From NCBI RefSeq assembly GCF_964204865.1, contig NC_135250.1:9486001-9550000 (forward strand): 64,000 nucleotides of DNA, given 5' to 3'. The stretch is from Styela clava (lineage: Eukaryota). This document shows positions 1-11,305 of the stretch, in pieces; position 1 is the first letter of the stretch, and each line of letters opens with the position of its first letter. The position numbers and the translations under genes were made by a program. A model generated the notes under the pieces. The model made no database searches. It was not told the origin of the DNA and saw only the letters and a program-made list of their open reading frames with translations.

Positions 1-1828
1 TGTTGTTTTAACTGATAGTTGTTTTAAATCAATGGGTTAGCGAAAGAATGAAAAGAATTTCGATTCATCACCAAAAAAGAATAGGATTTAAACGCATACG
101 CCACTAGCTTTATACGACAGTTAATTTTTATGACAGCAACTTGTGAGTTTAGGATTAAATTTTTTCATAATATTATAGATCGGAGAACAATTTCATCCAG
201 TATCATTCAACACCAGTAGATCTAATATTATCATCAACCCCCACGATGCCTAGCATATTTCCTTACTGTTTGATACAACAATAAGCCTAGATCACATTTC
301 CTATGAACCTATGTCACTGACAAGATGTGATTAGTCATATCATTATGGTTTTATTCTGTGATGATTCGATTTACTTTATTTCTCCTGTCTGCCATTGGAA
401 AACTCATCAACTACGTTAGTAATGAGTCATTCCCTGTAACTCAAAATAAAGGGACAATATGGTTTCATGAAACTTTGGGATATTTTAATCACGAACCATG
501 AGATTATTCAGGAAATCGCTTTATATGAGATAGAGATTTTCGATATAGAAATCCCTGTTATCAACGAAATGGTTAATAGTGCATAGCTATTAAATCCACA
601 TAAAATCTCAAGTTAATAATGATGTAGGTTCTATAAGATTAAACTCTTTGAATAAAAAGATTCTTTATCAAGAGTGTAAAGAATATTCAATCAATTCCAA
701 ATTGATAAAATTTGATATTTTAAATGATCTGATTTTTGGAACAATCTAGAATATTTTTGTGTCATTTTGATAAATAGAACTCTCATGATGACCAAAGAGG
801 CCGTTTCTCTGAAGAACCAATCAAAATGGTTTATCTTACCAAGTTACCATTTATGTCTCATAAAAACTAATTTCTGTAAATTTGAGAAACTTTTCATGTT
901 GAACATAAACAAAGCCGTAATTTTATCTGAAATCAAATTTATGATATCATCAATAGTGATAACATAGCTAAAGATAAGATAACTGACTTTAAGAATTTGC
1001 AATTTTTTCTTTTGACCTGCACCAAAATCATTTTAGTGAGTTTAATTGTTATAAATGAAGTAAAACCAGAAAGTAAATGGTTAATCAGATTATCAAAGAC
1101 TGAAAATGTTGCAGAACTAATAATAATCACAATTTTAACAAGGAATTACCCGTGAACTTGGGTGAAATTCAATATTACTGCAATGGGAGGTAAACATTTG
1201 AAAATTATTTTATGTGCGTCAAAGACCAATTTTATAAAGCAAAAGTAAAAACTCGTTCTAGAATCACCGAGAATAAAATATATTTTTTTTTAAATCTTAT
1301 TCAAAAATTTGCTGCACTACAAAAAAATGGTGAATTCACATATCTAAATACGTTTTACCACAGAGTCACTTCCTATTCTAATATTGAAGCATGATATGTT
1401 GAATTCATATAGTACCTAAAGGAATGGTAGAATCCAATGGTCAATAAATGTCGAAATTTTGGCACAAAAGTAATTTTAATTCACAATGAATAATTTATAA
1501 TAATCTTTATCTGTCTATCCAATAATGTATATTTTTGTTAAGCATGGCCATGGAAAAACATAGTTTTGGACACCCACTTTTATAGACGGCCAGTTTTAAA
1601 TCATACATAATTTAAAACCAGTAAAAAGAGTGACTAAGCTACCAGATGGTAAGGGGTTGCCCGTTTAGGGTGAAGTCATTGAATTATTTAATTGACCTAT
1701 GTTTTAAATCAGAGATGGCCAAAACAGAATATTGTAACATTCTGAATACATTCTAAGTAATATTTTGAATATGGAATATTGAGTCTCGTTCAAATATATT
1801 CAAAAGGAATTTGGTAATGCAAAAATGT

Positions 1829-1957
1829 TGGCACTCCAGAAGTGGATGTACCAATATGGACAGACAGTCCTTGAACTCGTAATAAAACTAAAGTAAGGAA
1901 AATCGAAAAAAAATTATGGCCTAACCCTAACCTGGTACACATACCACAGGAGTATCA
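1829..1957. mobile_element. Partial copy of a short inverted-repeat family (ends GG(T/C)ACTCC.GAAGTATGTG.ACCA)
   Basis: Termini resemble those at 9301-9412, 13589-13699 and 22740-22938. Contains CCTAACCCTAACC. Confidence 0.55.
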
Positions 1958-3679
1958 AAATGTTTATATAAATGTTGTAATGATTTATTTTCTATTGTTA
2001 CACTCTCAGAAGTTGATAATGTTTATTTTTGTCTTAGGGATCAGATATTAAGTTGGCAAAATCACCAAAAAAGTTTTAAAGATACCATAATTGTTATAAA
2101 TTATTTTCAAAATCAATAATCTACTATTAATAAAAATATAACTAATTTCAGATGTATTCGAATTCCGACTTATTTTGACAATTCACTTCTGAATTTAAAA
2201 TAAAATACATAAAAATCTGAAATGTCAGAGCAAAAAATAAAAAAAATTCTTATAATATTCTGAATTTGCCTAATTTATTAAAATCAGTTCTATAAAATCC
2301 AGTCAGCTCCTTGAATTTAAAAATTCAAAAAAAAAAAAAAAATTTTATTCTGTATTATCCAACGATTAGTCAAACTTAATTAAAATATAGGAAGCAATTG
2401 AAAAACTATTTTCCAATTCTATTGTAATATCCAAAATTAACTAACCTTCGAAAGGAATTTTGAATTTTAATTTATGGTATATAAGTGCCCATTTGTTGTA
2501 TAGTAAGAGAAAGTGTCAATTATAAGAGGCAATTATTGTGACACCAACCGTATTATTAAGTCCATCTAAGAAGCGTTCAGTTCTGACTGGGAACAAAAGT
2601 AATTTTAAAACAAAATATTTGAAAAATATACCAGCAATAAATAAACAATGAATATAGTAAATAGCTTGCTATCATCTTGTTGGTGTTAAAAGCAATGCTA
2701 GAGAGTCAGAATTTAGCACATTTTCACTGGCGTTAGAGTCGCATTTTCAATTTTTCTGGGGTCTAAATTGCAGACTTTTAAATGGTGATAAAATAAGTCA
2801 GCATTATAAACAAGGGTTGCATGTACCAAAATTATCAAAATTTATGTTTACAAAGTCTGAAAATGTAGTCAAAATCATTTGCAGCCCCGAAGCAGAAATC
2901 AGGGTCAAAAATTTCTTAACCTAGAGTGAGGGGGGTCAGACCCATATTATTTTTTTTTACCCCATAGTCGAGAATCGATCGTGAATTTTCTCAATCCTAG
3001 ATAACAGCATAAGTACTCTAAACAGAATGCACATTTCCCAGTGGTAACTGAATACCACATAAAAGTAGTTTTCCAGTCTTTTTGAAATGACTCCAAACTC
3101 ATGAATATTTAAACATGCAAAATACTACAAAAAGCCTCATGAATATCAAATATGCAATAATGTGGAAAAACATCTGAACCTAGCAGTTACTGTGTCCAAC
3201 AGTGTGAAACATTATGTTGAATTTTAAATAAAATATAAGAACAATTTATATTCAAGAGACATGTTTTGAGCTTGAATGAATGCTTGAATAAGATTGTCAA
3301 AATTTTATCACAAAAATAAAAAAAATTCCCTTTTTTATAATACATGTTTTACTATGCTTTCAGTCACTAGCTATACCTGATGTTTGGCCATTATATGAAA
3401 AAAAATATTTTTTGTAACAACATTGTCTCAATTGTATTGTCATGTTATAAATGTCATAACAGCATTATTTTCAGTTGCTGCATACCAGAACGAATAGTCC
3501 ATTATTATTAGATTGAATGAAGACTGGCCTTAGTACAATTTTAATACCTTTTTCGAGACTTTGCAGGTCATCGAAAAACAATGCGAAAAACTGGTAAGTG
3601 GTTCGTCATTCAACAGATTCAAGCAATTGCAAAAACAATTTTCAAAATAAAAGACTGAGTACTGGTAATATTTACTTAC

Positions 3680-6600
3680 TTTAAACCAATAAATGTTCAT
3701 TCCTAGAAGAATCCATAATAAAATGTTGAAGAACAGAAAAAACGGAGGTTCTTGTCCCATAACAACAACACTTGTATGTCCTGCAGCGTACAGTGCTTTC
3801 AATGGATACCAATACAATCGAAATACAAACCTAATAAATAAAATTTTTTTTTTTCATTTTTATTTTCTAAGCTACTTCTGAAGTCATGTTTTTTATCAAT
3901 AGTGAATCACGATTCAGAGTACTTACTGTACTTGTGGTCTAAATGCATCATTGCTATCATTATTTAAAAAGTGAAATTGAAAAAAATGCAAATTAGACAA
4001 AATGTGTTGAATCGCACAGATAATAAGTGGCAAATGGTGAATGAGTACATGGAGTAAAATCTCATGCCCATTACCTAGGTCAGTAAGTAACAAATTTGAT
4101 AGGCAATGGAAAAGATTCGGGTCCTTCTAGTGAGGTGGTTCCGAAACAGCGGCCCCCAGGCCAATTACGGCCCGCGTAACGGTTTAATATGGCCAGTCGA
4201 ACTCTAGCAAAATATTCTACCACTTCATGTTTTTACCTTTTTGCGTTCTAGAAACAGCCAATTATCGACCCCTTCTTCCGCTTCTAATTTTGGCCCCCGG
4301 TCAATCAACTTCGGGAATCACTGTTCTAGTGTATAGCCTTGTTCGTAACGTAGGTTTGTAAAAAAATGTAAAAAATATCAAAGGATTTACCAAGCTGTGC
4401 CGAACAATACAAATCCGATTGTAGAAATAAAGTCGCATATTTTCGTCCACTTTCCTCCAACAGTTTTATGATAAAGTACAAGTTTGGTGAATTCTAAAAT
4501 AATATCAGTGATGTCGTGGAAGAAAAGTACCAAAATTCCAACATTCGTAAACCTGGAATAGTCAAAACAAAATCGTAGTGATAAGTTCTCGTTAATAGAA
4601 GGTAGGAAGTTATGGTCGAATGTCTCAAGTTTGATTTCCATGCCCAACATTGTTCAAATCAGGTAAAAAGCAGAAAAGTCCAAAACGGGGATGACCCTGG
4701 TAATACTTACAAGACACTCCATAAGAAGAGTTTTCTAATGAAATATTTGATTCAGGATTATATTAAATCATGAAATCCCCATTCTCCAAAATCAAAAGTA
4801 GCAGCATAGAAATTTTATGTTTTTCCAGAAAATAAGTGACAAAAATTATGGCAAATAAAATTAACAACAAATATTAGGAAAATCAATAATTTTGTATTTT
4901 CGCTGAACTTAAATAGGTATTTATATACCGTAATTTATTATTAATTATTCACAGAAAAAAAAATCGACAAATATCAATAAAAACTAACCTGAAGATATAT
5001 GAGAATCCCACTAGAAGCAATGTTACAAAATGGTGAAGAAGCATGACGACAGAATCTTTCCTCCATACATCCATGTAAAATGTTCCGTAGACAGAATGAA
5101 AATAGAAACTTAGTTGAACCATGTAAAATGTATAAATATCTTGAGGCACATCCTGCCCATTCTTCCACCCTGGAATTAATTTATGAATGAATACAATTTA
5201 GGAAAAAGGCAAAAATCATCTAAGCTCGGCATTTTACTACATTTGGGCATTCGGAGACAAAAACACTCAGAAACTGATTGGTTTCAAAGGCGCTACATAA
5301 AACAACACTGTTTCAATTCACATATGGTGTCATAATGGGTATTGGGGTTTTTCTGTGAACAAGTTTCTAAAGCATTTTCATATGACCTTGTCTGGGATTC
5401 AAAAAAGTCTATTCACTCAATGGCTATTATTGTTCAAAAGAGATTCAGACTACTATGATATCATAATGAGAATTAGTCATATTGTTTACAATGACTATAA
5501 AGCAGTTTCATAAACAAATGCAATACAAATTGCAAATGGGACCTAGTCAAGGCTTTTGCTCATGGCCCCCAGAGAATATCTCCATTATTTGTACCTCCGA
5601 TTATATTACTTTCAGCTTTATAATCGAGGCATTAATATGCTTAGAAATTTAGTATCCAGAAATAATTGCTAGACTCATTTCCTGATTCAAATAATCTTAT
5701 TTAACACTACTATACCCAGGGATGTCCATAAAGTATTCGAATACATTTGAAATTGGGTTCAGACCAGAAACAGAATTTTATTCAAACTTGTAATAATTGT
5801 AAAAGTCAATTAAAACAATCACCTCACCCAGAATGTAATAAATTGAGTAGGCGATACTGAACCAGAGTGATTCTGGTCCTCTCAACTGTAATATCTCTTT
5901 ACTTAGCATTGGCTGCTTGCACAAATTTCTCTGGTGGATATTATTCAAAATAAAATATATCCGATCTCATATTAATAAATATCATTTAATATTAACTTCT
6001 GTCTGTCTACCAGAGCAGGATATATTTTACATATTGATGTGAAAATTTTCATATTATGAAAACCATTGTCTGATGGCTATTCTATCACTGTCATCTATAC
6101 TATAGAAAAAATTGAACTGGAATTTTAGGGTTAATGTGAAAAAGTAATGAAACTTACCATAAAACGTCAAAGGTGGATTGAAGAAAAAATCATATTTGGT
6201 GAAGAATAATAGGTAAACAGCATAGCACCACGTTGAGGAGTAAAATAGCAATTTCCATAAACTTTCTGGAGCTTTTCTTCTTTCATTTTTTCCGAGTTTA
6301 TTTATTGAGAGAAGAGGCTGCATATATAATGAAAATATTTTGAAATTTGCAAAATTTTTATTCTATTTCCCAAAAGCAAGGATGCACAAAACAAATTGAA
6401 TTGGAATCCATTGTTTTCGATATTTTGAATTTTTTATTTTGTCAAGTTTCCATTGGAAAGTTACGAGCAATATAAATCTCACATTTCAACTAAAAAGGCG
6501 TCAATAAAATTTCTGAAAATTTTCTATAAAAAAATCAAATCAAACGATTGTATATTTTGATTCTCTCTATCTTTTGATTCCAAATTCAAGCCCATTGAAT

Positions 6601-8135
6601 ATACAGGGTGGACGCTAGAAAAGCAGAAAATTTGATGATCAGATTAGGTCATGAATAAAATGCGTGCTTACTCATTTATTTTTCAATATGTTTCTTATTT
6701 TTCTAGGTTCTGTGTTGTTTTAGGTTGATACTTTTTAAGTTCTTTTTGATTTCTATTTTGACACCCACATCATGGAAGGAGACAGGAAACAGCTGTTACC
6801 AAATTTTTTTTTCTGTTTCTCTAGCGGCCACCCTGTATATTAACTTCGAAATGTTCTCTACTTAATGTGGTCCACTTTAGAACACCAGTATATCCAATAC
6901 TCAATATTTTAAGATTTCAATTTAAAAAGAGCATTCAGAATAGTGAATTAATAAGTCATCCCTTAATAAGCCTTCATTTTTACACAACAGGACACTGTTT
7001 ACGTGACAAGTTCCTTGATCAAACACTAATAATGTTTGTAGAATGTAGATTAAGCAATAGTTCTACTTGTTCAACATGACCTTTGGTTTTAAGAAAAGTA
7101 ACAATGTACTGTATATCAATCACACATGTTAATCAACAACTTCATGATTGCTAAGATTATATTTGCATTACAGCAAACTGATTGTAATTCACAATACATA
7201 AGTTCATTGCAAATAAGTGATAGTGATAAAGCGAAGGCCATTTCATATTAAACACTTTTGTGGGTGCCCGTGAAAAGGTTCTCAAGTAATTTTGAGATAT
7301 TTCCATCAAATATATTATCTTTTCAATATTCCAAAAACCAGGATACAAGATTTTCAAGATATGAACAACGAATGACGGAAATTCATCCGGCGCTCTGCCC
7401 CCGACCCCTCTAGACATAAAATAGATATAATAATTTTGGACAGATTTGGGAACAAATTCTTTAATCAAATTTGCAAGTCACTTGACAACAACATGTTCAT
7501 GGGGTAAAATCTTTTTTTTATATAATGTCTTTGTTTGTGTAAAATAAGATTTAATCACACACCCTGAAAAACTAATAAAAAACAAAAAACAACAAATATA
7601 AAAACAGTTGTTGTTTCTCAAACTAATTTAACAACATTTTAACCTGTATGCAATATGTAAATAGAGATTGCATACAAATTTAAACCTTAATTAAGGGATT
7701 ATTCATAAAACAAATAATTCATGAATTCCCAGTAAAAGTTATAAAGAAAAATAATCTTTTTAAATTACAAAACCGTGAAAGAAAAGATCATTTTGATTTT
7801 GCTATATAAAATTAAAACGAACTGCAAAAAAAGAAGTATTTTACCTTTATAAAACGGTATAAACAAAAATATGACCTCACCTTTAAGAAAAAGACAGTGG
7901 TTACATATCGGAGCAATGTCCATAAAAGGGCCAATCCGAAAAATGTAAAGATGTCACGAAGTGATATATTTCCATATTCCCTGACTGTATTTGACAATGA
8001 CTTTGGTGTTAAATCACTCGACGATAAATTTTTGTAGGAAGTTGAAAGTGTCGAAAATACATCGCTAACAAATTTTTGATATGTCGGCATCACAAAATTG
8101 TACGACATATATTTGGAGTCAATCACAGAAACCAT
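3680..8135 (-). CDS. CERS1: Ceramide synthase 1-like (TLC/Lag1p domain, no homeodomain); 3' terminal exon not found in window
   Basis: GT-AG exons 8135-7881, 6317-6158, 5169-4989, 4552-4391, 3830-3680. They encode MPTY (CerS1-type N-terminus), KAPESLWKLLFYSSTW, the Lag1p motif RKDSVVMLLHHFVTLLLVGFSY...VLFFHDITD, and FRLYWYPLKALY...MNIYWFK. A probable 5'UTR intron lies at ~8304-8490. Confidence 0.9.
4133..4323. mobile_element. hAT-type MITE in CERS1 intron
   Basis: 8-bp TSD TTCTAGTG at 4125-4132 and 4324-4331, with imperfect TIRs ending ...GGAATCACTG. The GGCCC core is shared with 24413-24774 and ~56130-56205. Confidence 0.75.
6604..6835. mobile_element. Tc1/mariner-type MITE
   Basis: TA-flanked TIRs CAGGGTGGACGCTAGAAAAGCAGAAAA and TTTTCTGTTTCTCTAGCGGCCACCCTG. 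Confidence 0.75.
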
Positions 8136-8933
8136 ATTTGAAGGTTTTTTTCTTAATTGCTGCGCTTCGAAAACTTTATAAAACTAATCCTCGTCAAAAG
8201 CACTATATCAAAAAACAGGAAACATCAGGAATGCCCTCCAGTGTCTATGCTTCTAACTAAGTATGTACAAGACTTTTCAAAACAAAAAATTGATTTTTAA
8301 AACCTGTAGAAATTCATAGAAAAGGGTTAGAAAAATCTTCTATAATCGAACCCATTATGTAGTAATTTAAAAAAAGTATGATTTTGAGGCATAGCACAAA
8401 TCTCAAATAGACAAGGTAATATTAATACTGTACAATTGCAGTAACCTTGAAACAGGTACTATTCATTCTATAACTTATTAAAGAAATTACCTGTACAGGT
8501 AATAGACAACATTGAGGCCTGAGTCATCGAAAAGGAATGACTCATACTGTCATCAATCGACTACCAGCGAAAATGACGTCAGTGATAGACGAAATGACAA
8601 AATAATATATTTTCAATATTTTGCAAATGTTTTTGTTGAAGCTACATTCGGCTGAAGAACATTAGTTTGCCTTTTCTGTTTTATATGCATATTTGGTTAA
8701 CTGTTTTTTATTTTTAATTCTACCGCTACATAGAATCATTGAGGCATGAATTCTCAAATTAACCTCAGACTAAAACAGAAGTTATAGTGAGATAAACTCT
8801 TGTGAAGTAGAGTGGATTTACTTTTAATAAATGCACTTTTTTGCACAGCTTAAATCAATGACAGATCTCCAAGCCACTCCACCCAACATCACAGATTCTA
8901 TTTCTGTATTTAATGTTTCCTTCACACATATCC

Positions 8934-9715
8934 CGGTCTTACTACTTACTGAATACAGCGCGAAACACCGCAAAGAGCGCGAAACAGCGCAAAAGAGCGC
9001 GAAACAGCGCAAAACAGAGGGAAACAGCGCAAAATAGTGGGGAAACAGCGCAAAACAGCGCAAAAGAGCGCAAAACAGAGGGAAACAGTGTGAAGCAGAA
9101 AAAAATTTTGCAATGAGTTCGGGGCACCTTGTTTTGAGTTGGATTACCACGGCAGCAAATTAAAAACACAAACCAACGTATGTAGCCCGTAATGCTGTAA
9201 TGGCAGGTCTGCCCCTGCTGGTGACACGTTTTGGGTACCATAATTTAGAACATTTTCCATGTGGATATGGTTGGCTTTAGGGTTAGGGTTAGGTAAAAAG
9301 GGACCTCCAGAAGTATGTGCACCAAGATGGCGCACAACCTGAAAATAGTATGTGTGTGTGTGTAGCGGAATCAGGTTGTGCGACATATTGCTGCACATAC
9401 TTCTGGAGCACCAAAAAGGTAGATAAAATTTCGCATGATGACCTATAATCCGGTACATAACCTTGTAAATATACCGGAAATAGCGCCATAAAACCATGGC
9501 GAGAGGCGCCGTGGTTCTTTCGTGGCAGGAGGTGGTAATGACTGCGTCTCCTGTTTTGCGCTGTTTCCCTCTGTTTTGCGCTGGTTTCCTTCTGTTTCGC
9601 GCTGTTTTCCTCCGTTTTGCGCTGTTTCGCGCTATTTTGCGCTGTTTCGCGCTCTTTTGCGCTGTTTTGCGCTCTTTGCGGTGTTTCGCGCTGTATTCAG
9701 TAAGTAGTAAGACCC
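8934..9715. mobile_element. Foldback/MULE-like non-autonomous element with long TIRs made of ~10-bp tandem subrepeats
   Basis: GGTCTTACTACTTACTGAATACAGCGCGAAACACCGCAAAGAGCGC... is mirrored at the right end, giving ~170-bp arms of AAACAGCGC(A/G) units. 9-bp TSD CACATATCC at 8925-8933 and 9716-9724. Confidence 0.85.
9301..9412. mobile_element. Small palindromic MITE nested in the foldback element
   Basis: GGACCTCCAGAAGTATGTGCACCAAGATGGCGCACAACCTGA ... TCAGGTTGTGCGACATATTGCTGCACATACTTCTGGAGCACC, with a related copy at 13589-13699. Confidence 0.7.
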
Positions 9716-9979
9716 CACATATCCAGAAAAATTTTCTCTTAGCAAAATAGCAATTTAGCAATTTTATTTCAATATTTCATCTACAATACAGAACATGAAC
9801 AAAGTAACAGGAGGTAATCAAACATTGTATTACAAGCTTGTTTAAAAATCCAAGATTTTTATTCAAAAAATCTATGATTTTCACAGACAGACAAGGGCAC
9901 AAGGGTGAAAAGAATGGAGTCTGGTATAGTTTGGTACCACATTCACTTCTAGTTGGCCTGGCTCCACAATTTTTGCATA

Positions 9980-10769
9980 TGTCCATCCTGACCTCCACCT
10001 GACTACGTCACAGAAAAATGACGTCATTTCAACCTCACAGAGGCGTAATAAGGCCCACCAAAGTATACGAATGGTCGTCCAAAACGTGCAGACGATAACC
10101 CGAAATCGAGCAAGCTATTTTTCTCGTCACAACGATCACGATGGGAGAGAGATCGCCGGCTTTAGCGAGTTCGTTATCGGCGGCGTAGATGCCATTTCGA
10201 GCGATCGTAATTATACTTTGGCAAGCTCTATGCCGTGTTGGTGACGTCATTTTTGGATGGCATAGTCAGGTGGGGGTTAGGAATAACGGGTCTCATGACG
10301 TAGTTTCGTACCTAACATAGACTACTTCTAGTGGGCAAAGCATAACAATTTTTTCACGTATCAATCCTAACCCCCACCTGACTACGTCATTCAAAAATTA
10401 CGTCACTGCGACGTAATAGAGCATTTAAACCATACGAACTGCCATCCAAGACACGCAGACGAGCACCCGAAATAGAACAGCTATTTCTCTCGTTTTCTCG
10501 TCACTACGATCCCAATAGGAGAGAGATCGGTGACGTTAGTCAGTTCTTTATCGTCGGCGCCGATGCCATTCCGGGCGATCGTACGTATATTTGGCAAGCT
10601 CTATGACGTGATTGTGATGTCGTAGTGACGTAATTTTTGGATGGCCTAGTCAGATGGGGGTTAGGATTGACATATCAAAAAATTGTCATGCTACGCCTAC
10701 TAGAAGTACGTTAGGTACGAAACTACACGAGACCCGAAGTATGTTAGGTACGAAACTACATGAGACCCA
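9980..10769. mobile_element. Two adjacent copies (one truncated, one full) of a ~430-450-bp long-TIR MITE
   Basis: The full copy at ~10288-10737 has TIR GGGTCTC.TG..GTAGTTTCGTACCTAAC and a duplicated right terminus to 10769. The inner part is repeated at ~9980-10283. The same element occurs inverted at 61569-61996. Confidence 0.8.
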
Positions 10770-11305
10770 TGTATCGTACACATGACATTTTAAAGAAGTT
10801 GAAACTTCAGATAGTTAAGTGATTACTTAAACGATGTGCTAACAGGTTTGACCTAGTTAACTAAATGATTACTGGATTGTACAGCCATATCAGCATATCG
10901 AAGTTCTTTTGGGCTGCGACAATCGCGGAAACAAATAGCTTCTTTTTCTGCCAAATATGATAGAGTTGGGTGTTTCAAATAAATGATATCAATTTAGTTG
11001 CATGAATAACAGCTTCTACCACAAACCTAACGCGACGCGACATTAGAGAGAGACGACGGTCAAAATCGAAGTGTCAACTTTTCAAGGAAATGCCTCAATT
11101 TGTCGAAGCGAAAATATAAAAGTTCTTTATCGCCCCCCTATGGATACATTAAGAGATTTAAATTCGATCCTATAATGCCTCCAGTGTTGGTAGTCATGGT
11201 AATGTAGACAGGAGTCGCGATACACACAGCGCTCACCCTCTCTGTCTGAGCTCGTTTTAGCAAAACTGTTTTTAGGTTGTTCAGAAAAACGCGCGAATTT
11301 ACGAC

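Noticed and set aside
190-1100. Possible decayed Penelope-like retroelement (faint CDD and LPF motifs)
   Set aside because: Matches are too degenerate and stop-ridden to support without a profile search.
9277-9293. Interstitial telomere
   Set aside because: Fewer than three TTAGGG units, embedded in a transposon-like repeat.
8824-9761. Cluster of 60-205-aa ORFs with RCFAL/AKQRK repeats
   Set aside because: These arise from the stop-poor 10-bp subrepeats in the foldback TIRs, appear on both strands, and show no protein signature.
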